Part shown: positions 54,356-60,111 of the stretch, piece after piece
How the letters are laid out: each line of letters opens with the position of its first letter
How positions within the stretch are numbered: position 1 is the first letter of the stretch
Virus record (IMG/VR): IMGVR_UViG_3300013126_000034
Span: 1-60,111 of that record
Length of the DNA stretch: 60,111 bases
Strand: one strand, 5' to 3'
Source: a virus
Lineage: Duplodnaviria; Caudoviricetes
The notes under the pieces: model-generated
The model's database searches: none
What the model was told of the DNA's origin: nothing
The model's input: the letters and a program-made list of their open reading frames with translations, nothing else
Program-made: the position numbers and the translations under genes

Positions 54356-56120
54356 AGACAAGGAGGTGGGAGAACCCAAAGTTCGCCGCCCGGGCCTTCA
54401 GAAGCTCGCGATCCTCTTCTACCCGGCTGTAGGCCAGCTTGTGAACCTCGTCCGCCTTGTCCCAGCCGTGCTTGACGGGGTGGTTGTGAGTGATTCTGGC
54501 GTCCTCGGCCCACGCGTACTTGCCCAGAAGCTGGCAGCGGCCCGTCAACTCGTTGTCGCAGCCCGCGTGGTGGTACCCCGTGTGAAAAAACTCCCCGCCC
54601 AGCAGCGGTAGGAGTCTCTTGGAGGCCAGCCAGTGGGTTGCGATCTCGCCTTTGGCCCAAATACCGTCGTTCAGGCCCACCAAACCGTCCCCGTGGGCAA
54701 AAATCCGGTACATTTGCTCCAAAGCACGCCTCAGGAAGCCCTTTTCGGGCACGCAGTCGTTCCCGAGGAAGCAAACGAACTCGCCCGTGGACTCTTCGAC
54801 GCCCTTTTTGACCATTTTCGGTACCCCAGAGCGGTTCTCGAAGGAGTCCCGCTTTACGATCACCTCGAAATTGGCCCAGCCGGTCGTTTCGGGCAGCGAA
54901 TTGACCAAATTCGTCAACTGCTCCTCGCGCCCGAGCGTCGGGATGACGATGGACACCTTCGGGTTGAGGAAATCGAGGTAGAAAATCGAGTCCCGGCGGT
55001 ACTTTTCGTTCTCCGGGAAGAAGTCGCGGGCCTTTTTCCAGTGCTCGAAGCTCCCTTGCTTGTCTCCGAGCCACCACAGTGCCCAATAGAGTAGCTCGTG
55101 AGGTTCGTGCCGGTAGTGATTAGCGTTGTTCGCATAGAAATCGGACCACGGGATCGTGAGCGCAGCCGCCGCGTAGGCCGCGGTACGTTGCGCGTCTCCC
55201 TTCTTGAAGAAGTACTGGGCCAGACGGAGCCAAGGCTCGCGGCGCGAGGAGTCCCTGCCGATGGCCTTGTGCCACTTTTCGAGCGCGAGCTCCTCGTTGC
55301 CGAGGTACTGGGCGCACTCGCCCTGAAAAATGACGCTCTGGGTGGCCTCGGTGAACCACCCGTTCATGGCGATGTGCCGCTCGAACTCTCGGAACGCTGA
55401 CTTGTACCGGCCCGTGTACAGCATCTCGCGGGCAAGGTAGTGCGAGTTGCGGTCGTTCGTTGGGTTCTGGAAGCAGTCGAGTGCTAGACCCGTGAGGTAG
55501 CGTCTGCGGTGGTCGGACGGCTGCTGCCAGTGCTCCAGCTTGACGATGTCCGGAGGGAGGTACGCACGCGTGGCCGTGCCCGCGAGCACCTCGTGGACCA
55601 CGCCGACCCAGTGGAGCTTCGTGCGGTCGTAGAACTTGCAGTGGCGAAACTTGACGATCTCGTTGCCGTGCTCGTCGTGGGCGAAAACGAACTCGTACTC
55701 AAGCTGCCCAACGCCCTCGTCAATCTTGGCCTGAATGGCGTCGAGGTTAAGGCGCGTGTACTCCTCGTCGCAGTCGGGCATCGCGACCATATCGGTCGGC
55801 GCGAGCGAGGCCGCAAAGTTGCGGGCCTTTGAGTAGTCGAAGAGCCGGTCGCCTTCTTTGACGAGAGGAGCCTCCTCCCCGAAGATGAAACGCTCGTTGA
55901 TCTCCTTCGCGAGGGCTTCGTCGATGGTGAAGAGGAATCGCTCGCCGACCTCGTGCACCTCGACGCCGAGATTGCGTGCAACCTCCGCGCTGTTGTCGGT
56001 CGATCCCGTGTCCACCAGAATAACTTTTCCCCCGCGCTTCTGGAACTCCACGAGGGAGGCCAGAAGGCGGGGGATGGTGCGGGACTCGTTCCGACAGATC
56101 AGTACGACGGAAAAATTCAT
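54354..56120 (-). CDS. GT2-TPR-GT2 glycosyltransferase
   Basis: SVVLICRNE, VDTGSTD, FDYSKARN, DCDE and VHE, then TPR-like helices, then a second GT2 domain (KVSIVIPT...FLGND). Confidence 0.88.
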   Translation of the reverse strand: MNFSVVLICRNESRTIPRLLASLVEFQKRGGKVILVDTGSTDNSAEVARNLGVEVHEVGERFLFTIDEALAKEINERFIFGEEAPLVKEGDRLFDYSKARNFAASLAPTDMVAMPDCDEEYTRLNLDAIQAKIDEGVGQLEYEFVFAHDEHGNEIVKFRHCKFYDRTKLHWVGVVHEVLAGTATRAYLPPDIVKLEHWQQPSDHRRRYLTGLALDCFQNPTNDRNSHYLAREMLYTGRYKSAFREFERHIAMNGWFTEATQSVIFQGECAQYLGNEELALEKWHKAIGRDSSRREPWLRLAQYFFKKGDAQRTAAYAAAALTIPWSDFYANNANHYRHEPHELLYWALWWLGDKQGSFEHWKKARDFFPENEKYRRDSIFYLDFLNPKVSIVIPTLGREEQLTNLVNSLPETTGWANFEVIVKRDSFENRSGVPKMVKKGVEESTGEFVCFLGNDCVPEKGFLRRALEQMYRIFAHGDGLVGLNDGIWAKGEIATHWLASKRLLPLLGGEFFHTGYHHAGCDNELTGRCQLLGKYAWAEDARITHNHPVKHGWDKADEVHKLAYSRVEEDRELLKARAANFGFSHLLV

Positions 56121-56143
56121 CGTCTGCCTGTTGGAACGGGAGC

Positions 56144-56278
56144 TTACCGGGAGCGTTTCTCGACGCCCTTGATCCGGCCCTTGTTGGCGGAAGCGTAGAA
56201 GACGGCTTTGCCCTTCTTGGCACCGTACTCCTTCTCCATCGCCTTCTTGATCTTCGATCCCTTTTTGGTCAGCGGCAT
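56144..56278 (-). CDS. 44-aa Lys-rich protein
   Basis: Below the track cut-off. MPLTKKGSKIKKAMEKEYGAKKGKAVFYASANKGRIKGVEKRSR. Confidence 0.75.
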   Translation of the reverse strand: MPLTKKGSKIKKAMEKEYGAKKGKAVFYASANKGRIKGVEKRSR

Positions 56279-56293
56279 GTGTGGTGGGTTTGG

Positions 56294-56641
56294 TTATGGC
56301 GTGTTAGGCCAAACCACTACATGGGGGAACTGCGGCTGGGTCGTCAAGTCGCGAAGTTGCTGGCGGTAGGGAGCCCACTTGTCCTTGATCGCCTGCGGCG
56401 TATCCACCAACTGCGACCAGTCGGACTCGACGAGCTTCTGGTTTCGCTCGGCGCGGATTTCAGACGCGAGCTTAACCTCGTCAACGAACGGCGGAGGCGC
56501 GAGCGAGTCGTCCTCGCTAATTTCGTAAGGGCCGAGGACGTTGAACGGCAGTTCCGCGCCGTCGCAGCGGAGGCGATCAGGCAAAACCTCGATCTGCTTA
56601 AACGGTCCAAACACCGACTGAGGGGTGATGACAACGCTCAT
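56294..56641 (-). CDS. Tail fibre assembly chaperone
   Basis: IRAERNQKLVESDWSQLVD.P...WAPYRQQLRD...QPQFP..VWP. Confidence 0.85.
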   Translation of the reverse strand: MSVVITPQSVFGPFKQIEVLPDRLRCDGAELPFNVLGPYEISEDDSLAPPPFVDEVKLASEIRAERNQKLVESDWSQLVDTPQAIKDKWAPYRQQLRDLTTQPQFPHVVVWPNTP

Positions 56642-56644
56642 GTT

Positions 56645-58741
56645 TTAGGCGAGTTCAAACTTTCTCATGACGGAGCTATTGCCGATAACACCGGCGACAA
56701 GGAAAGCAATCTTCTGATTTTCTAACGGAATGCCGTGATTACCAAAGGAACCCATTTGGACGGACAAGTTTGGAACCTGTATCGCCGATCTCAGCCCCCG
56801 AAGAAATTGTATCGAGCTGATCGGTTGGACAGAAGTGGCCGGGGTAAGGACATTGCCCGAGACCAACGCTTGCGGGACTCCGTAGTTGTTCGGATTAAGC
56901 CCGCCAACAGCAATTCCTTGACCGAAGTAGTTTTTTACGGTCAGACTTGCTCCAGAGCAATCGAGCACGACAAGGTTGGTGCCCGCTTCCACTGAAAGAT
57001 CTGTTCCAGAAAGACCGATGGGGCCCGTTGATACATTGGCTGGTGCACTGGTAAGAGCAGTACCGAGCGTAACGGCACTTCCAGTGAACGTGAGAAGATT
57101 CCAATAGATTTGGCTAAAGCCGTTTGAGAAGGAGAAGAAAATTTTTGTTGAAGTGACTGGAAACATCGCCCGGGCGAAAGAAGAGGCGCCGGTAGATAGG
57201 TTGGCCGAAATGTATCGCGTTGCGGTCGTACCTGAGATCGACAAGACACCAACGTACCCTATGGCGGAGGAGTTGGAGTAGGCGTCAAAGAAAAACGTCG
57301 TGTCCGTTAGTCGAATGAATTGAGCCCCTAAGTTAGTGCTGAATCCGACGCTTACTCTCGTCCCGGCGGTGAGCGTAGTACCGGAAAGCGAGTAGACGAT
57401 AAAACCGCCGTTTCCAGCGTTATCGCCCGGATTGTAAAGTACGACTTTATCGAGCGCGGTATTTCCGTACAGGGTTGATCCCGTTGCTCCGCTAAAAGCG
57501 GTGACGACCGAACCTATCGTGACGGTTGTGCCACTCACCGTCATCGGGACGAGCAAAGAGCTGCTCGAAATGGCGTTCGTGTAACCGTAAACAAAACCTC
57601 CAGAAGGAACGGCTTTGAAAAACTGGAATTGATTTACTGCCGCGCCGAGGGTTAAGGTCGCGGCAGTGTTTACCGTGATGGTCGTGCCGCTGATAGAAAG
57701 TACAACCGCTTCAAAAGCTGTCGAGGTTGTCGAGGAAGCGACCAACACTGCGCTTGAGCTGATTTTTAATGCGGCGGATGCGACGTATACAACGGCGTTA
57801 CGGATAAGAGCTGGAGAGCCCCAAGTGTTAGTCGCTTGATCGTAGGCCTGACCGTAAAGGATTCCCGTTGAACTTCGGACAAGCACGAAAGCGCGGGCAG
57901 AATCAAGTTCGATGACAGCGGACTGTACAGGGTTTCCTGCACCGACAATCTGTTCCCAAGTAGCGTTTGCCGGTGATTCTGCGGAAACACCATAACGAAG
58001 TGCCTCATTAAGCACCCACGTTCCAGCGGAACTTGCGTTGTCAAACAACCCTACCTTCACTACGCCAAATCGGTTAACGAAACCGATCAGAGTTCCGCTG
58101 TTGTCTGTGATGCGGACGTGGAACTCAGAAAGATTCTGAATCTCAAACTTGTCTGTGCCGACCGTCATCGTCGTCGCGTTCGGCAGCTTCACCGTGGTGC
58201 CGTAGTCGGTCGGCGTGATGCGAAGCAGAGTCGGCGTCGAGGTGAGCGTCGTGTTGCCCGCGGCTGTGACGACGTTCGTGATGCCTGCCGAAGCCCCAGC
58301 AGGCCCGGTGTACCCGGTATACCCGGTGTAGCCCGTGTATCCGGTCGCACCTTGCGGGCCCGGGGAACTCGGCGATGCCTCAACCCACTGACTTCCGCTG
58401 ATGTCAACGTAGTAGATCATCAGCTTGCCCGTGGTGGAGTCCCACCAGAGATCGCCGTCGATCGGAGAAGCCGGAGCCGTGTCGCTCGTCGGAGCGTTCA
58501 GCGCGGGCCCAGTGTACCCAGTCGGACCGGTGTACCCCGTCACGCCCTGCGGACCGGTGTACCCGGTGTACCCCGGCGGTCCGGTGACGTTGGAAGGAGC
58601 CCCCGTGTACCCGGTGTACCCCGTCGGGCCAGTCACACCGAGGTTGTAGCCCAGCCACTCGGAGCCATTCCAGATCCAGTTTCTACCCCCGGAGGAGTAG
58701 ATTTGATTGAGCGACGGACTGCTAGGAAAGTCGAGGGCCAT
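56645..58741 (-). CDS. Tail fibre with collagen-like repeats and AT-richer C-terminal domain
   Basis: [20 protein letters not shown] repeats, GDLWWDSTTG and ISGTTIT repeats. Followed by a chaperone gene. Confidence 0.8.
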   Translation of the reverse strand: MALDFPSSPSLNQIYSSGGRNWIWNGSEWLGYNLGVTGPTGYTGYTGAPSNVTGPPGYTGYTGPQGVTGYTGPTGYTGPALNAPTSDTAPASPIDGDLWWDSTTGKLMIYYVDISGSQWVEASPSSPGPQGATGYTGYTGYTGYTGPAGASAGITNVVTAAGNTTLTSTPTLLRITPTDYGTTVKLPNATTMTVGTDKFEIQNLSEFHVRITDNSGTLIGFVNRFGVVKVGLFDNASSAGTWVLNEALRYGVSAESPANATWEQIVGAGNPVQSAVIELDSARAFVLVRSSTGILYGQAYDQATNTWGSPALIRNAVVYVASAALKISSSAVLVASSTTSTAFEAVVLSISGTTITVNTAATLTLGAAVNQFQFFKAVPSGGFVYGYTNAISSSSLLVPMTVSGTTVTIGSVVTAFSGATGSTLYGNTALDKVVLYNPGDNAGNGGFIVYSLSGTTLTAGTRVSVGFSTNLGAQFIRLTDTTFFFDAYSNSSAIGYVGVLSISGTTATRYISANLSTGASSFARAMFPVTSTKIFFSFSNGFSQIYWNLLTFTGSAVTLGTALTSAPANVSTGPIGLSGTDLSVEAGTNLVVLDCSGASLTVKNYFGQGIAVGGLNPNNYGVPQALVSGNVLTPATSVQPISSIQFLRGLRSAIQVPNLSVQMGSFGNHGIPLENQKIAFLVAGVIGNSSVMRKFELA

Positions 58742-58750
58742 GATGGGTAC

Positions 58751-58761
58751 AGTTTACGACT
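58751..58761 (-). promoter_or_regulatory. Putative late promoter box AGTCGTAAACT
   Basis: Overlaps the upstream TGA, 9 nt before the ATG at 58741. Confidence 0.65.
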
Positions 58762-59207
58762 CAGACGGGCTTGACGGGCCAGACTACGTTGGTCGGAAAG
58801 CCGGGCTGCTGCGGGATGTCGCGGAGGGCTTGGCGGTGGGGCGCCCACGCGGCGCTGGTCGCGTCGGGGATGTCCTTGCCCTGCGTCCAGTCCGTGTCGG
58901 CGAGCTTCTTGTTGCGCTCGCTGCGGACCTGACTCGCTTTCTGGGCGTTGTTCTCGGCCACCTCCTCGGCGGTGTACTTGCGCCACTGCTTAGTCTCGAT
59001 GACCTCGGTGGGAGTGATCGTGAACGTGCTGCCGACAAACTTCTCGTCCACGGCACCCTCCTCCAAACGCACGGAGAGCCAGCCGAGCGATTGGAGGCCG
59101 GACGCGTCCATCAGATTCAGTCCGGAGACGTTGCGCCACGAACGCGGAAGGCCGCGAGGACCTTCGACAATGGCGTTGTTTTCAACGAGGCAGTAGTTCA
59201 TGCTCAT
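58761..59207 (-). CDS. Tail fibre assembly chaperone (paralogue)
   Basis: VRSERNKKLADTDWTQ..D.P...WAPHRQALRDIPQQPGFP..VWP. The start may be the ATG at 59201. Confidence 0.85.
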   Translation of the reverse strand: MSMNYCLVENNAIVEGPRGLPRSWRNVSGLNLMDASGLQSLGWLSVRLEEGAVDEKFVGSTFTITPTEVIETKQWRKYTAEEVAENNAQKASQVRSERNKKLADTDWTQGKDIPDATSAAWAPHRQALRDIPQQPGFPTNVVWPVKPV

Positions 59208-60111
59208 AGCTTACGACCTTAATTTCGTCAAAAGGATGGCTCCAGTCGCCATACTTCTGCTGGCGAAACAGCCGCATAGAGTTGTAGTAGGGCGTCTTGG
59301 GACCGGGTTCCGCATACAGATAATACCCCATTACGGGAATGACAACCCACGTTGGCACGCCCATTGCCGCAGAAAGGTGGCTTACGGACGTACAGGACGA
59401 GATTACGAGATCGCAGGTACTGACGGCGGCTTGGGTATCACACCATGTATCAAGGGGCACCGTTTGCGCCCAATCGGGCTTGTATTCCAAGTCGGCGTCC
59501 CGTTGCAGACTGATAAACTCTACGTCGTCCCGTTTGACGGCATCGAAGAATAGGGGTGCTGGGAACAGCTTGTGGTGCTGAGCCTCAAACTGCTTGTTGC
59601 CCGACCAACGTAAACCCACCCGCAGCTTCTTGGACTGGCGGACATATGGGATCTTGTCGAGGTACGGGTCGCCATGAATCATCTCTTTGGATAAGTTCAT
59701 GTATGCCGGAGCTGACATACCAGCCATCCAGCAGTCGTGGTAAACGCCGTATTCCGCGCCGTGCTGCACCACCGCCGAACAAAGATTGGCGTCGTGGACA
59801 AAGCGCACTAGCTCGCCTGAGCAGGAAACAATGATGTCGGCTGTTTCCGTTTGGCGGACATTGCGGATATAGCCTAGCTGCTGAATCTGGTCCCCTAGTC
59901 CGCCTTCAAGGTACATGAGCAGCGTAGCACAGGGCTTGCCGTTCCACTCTGGCTGGGGCGTGTTGGGCTTGCTGTTGCCAAACACTCCTACCTTACGACC
60001 ACGGCGCAGCAGTTGGTGGCCGAGGCGGAAGTTGCCATCGCGCAGTTCATACCATCCACGATTAAAGGCGGCGCGAGAGTCGTCGGGTCGTTCAACCGCG
60101 AGCTTGTCAGC
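59182..60111 (-). CDS. TPR-associated GT9-like glycosyltransferase, 5'-truncated by the window end
   Basis: Frame is open to 60111 (ADKLAVERPDDSRAAFNRGW...). EGGLGDQIQ, GLRWSGN, SLQ, DLVISSCTSVSHLSAAMG, PYYNSMRLFRQ..GDW. Confidence 0.85.
   Translation of the reverse strand, partial: ADKLAVERPDDSRAAFNRGWYELRDGNFRLGHQLLRRGRKVGVFGNSKPNTPQPEWNGKPCATLLMYLEGGLGDQIQQLGYIRNVRQTETADIIVSCSGELVRFVHDANLCSAVVQHGAEYGVYHDCWMAGMSAPAYMNLSKEMIHGDPYLDKIPYVRQSKKLRVGLRWSGNKQFEAQHHKLFPAPLFFDAVKRDDVEFISLQRDADLEYKPDWAQTVPLDTWCDTQAAVSTCDLVISSCTSVSHLSAAMGVPTWVVIPVMGYYLYAEPGPKTPYYNSMRLFRQQKYGDWSHPFDEIKVVSYEHELLPR
59208..59218 (-). promoter_or_regulatory. Putative late promoter box GGTCGTAAGCT
   Basis: Motif copy 6 nt before the ATG at 59201. 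Confidence 0.5.

Noticed and set aside
49987-58741. Diversity-generating retroelement or invertase-based tail switching
   Set aside because: No reverse transcriptase, recombinase or adenine-specific TR/VR pair was seen. The shared segments are ordinary paralogous domains.
1-60111. Window as a closed circular genome
   Set aside because: Position 1 is inside a collagen gene and 60111 is inside a GT gene. There is no terminal overlap, so sequence is missing between them.

Overview
The window is most of a GC-rich tailed dsDNA phage genome with podovirus-like organisation (portal, scaffold, major capsid, adaptor and nozzle, internal virion proteins, no recognisable tape measure or sheath). It looks circularly permuted. 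The minus-strand late module runs from the terminase genes (15663) to position 1 and, by gene content, resumes at 60111 and runs to 34183. Both window ends cut through genes. A divergent early/accessory region (about 16.1-24.2 kb) holds many small genes, including DUF932-like, DnaA-C-terminal-like and RHH proteins. It is followed by a plus-strand replication operon (SF2 helicase, PD-(D/E)XK nucleases, SSB-like protein, family A polymerase, primase-helicase) that ends with a sigma70-family factor and an HNH nuclease. The main observations are: (1) five glycosyltransferase-like genes (about seven GT domains) are interleaved with virion genes, together with Thr-rich collagen-like fibres, Ser/Thr-rich repeats and Cys-rich N-termini, which suggests a virion glycosylation system; (2) one GT is fused to an XRE-like HTH and is preceded by two related palindromes; (3) a GTCGTA(T/A)(A/G)CT box with no visible -35 sits just upstream of many late genes, often overlapping the previous stop codon, and is a likely target of the phage sigma factor; (4) there are several structured or repeated non-coding elements and two inserted homing endonucleases. 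I saw no tRNA, CRISPR array, integrase or reverse transcriptase. All protein calls come from motif recognition by eye, not from database searches.
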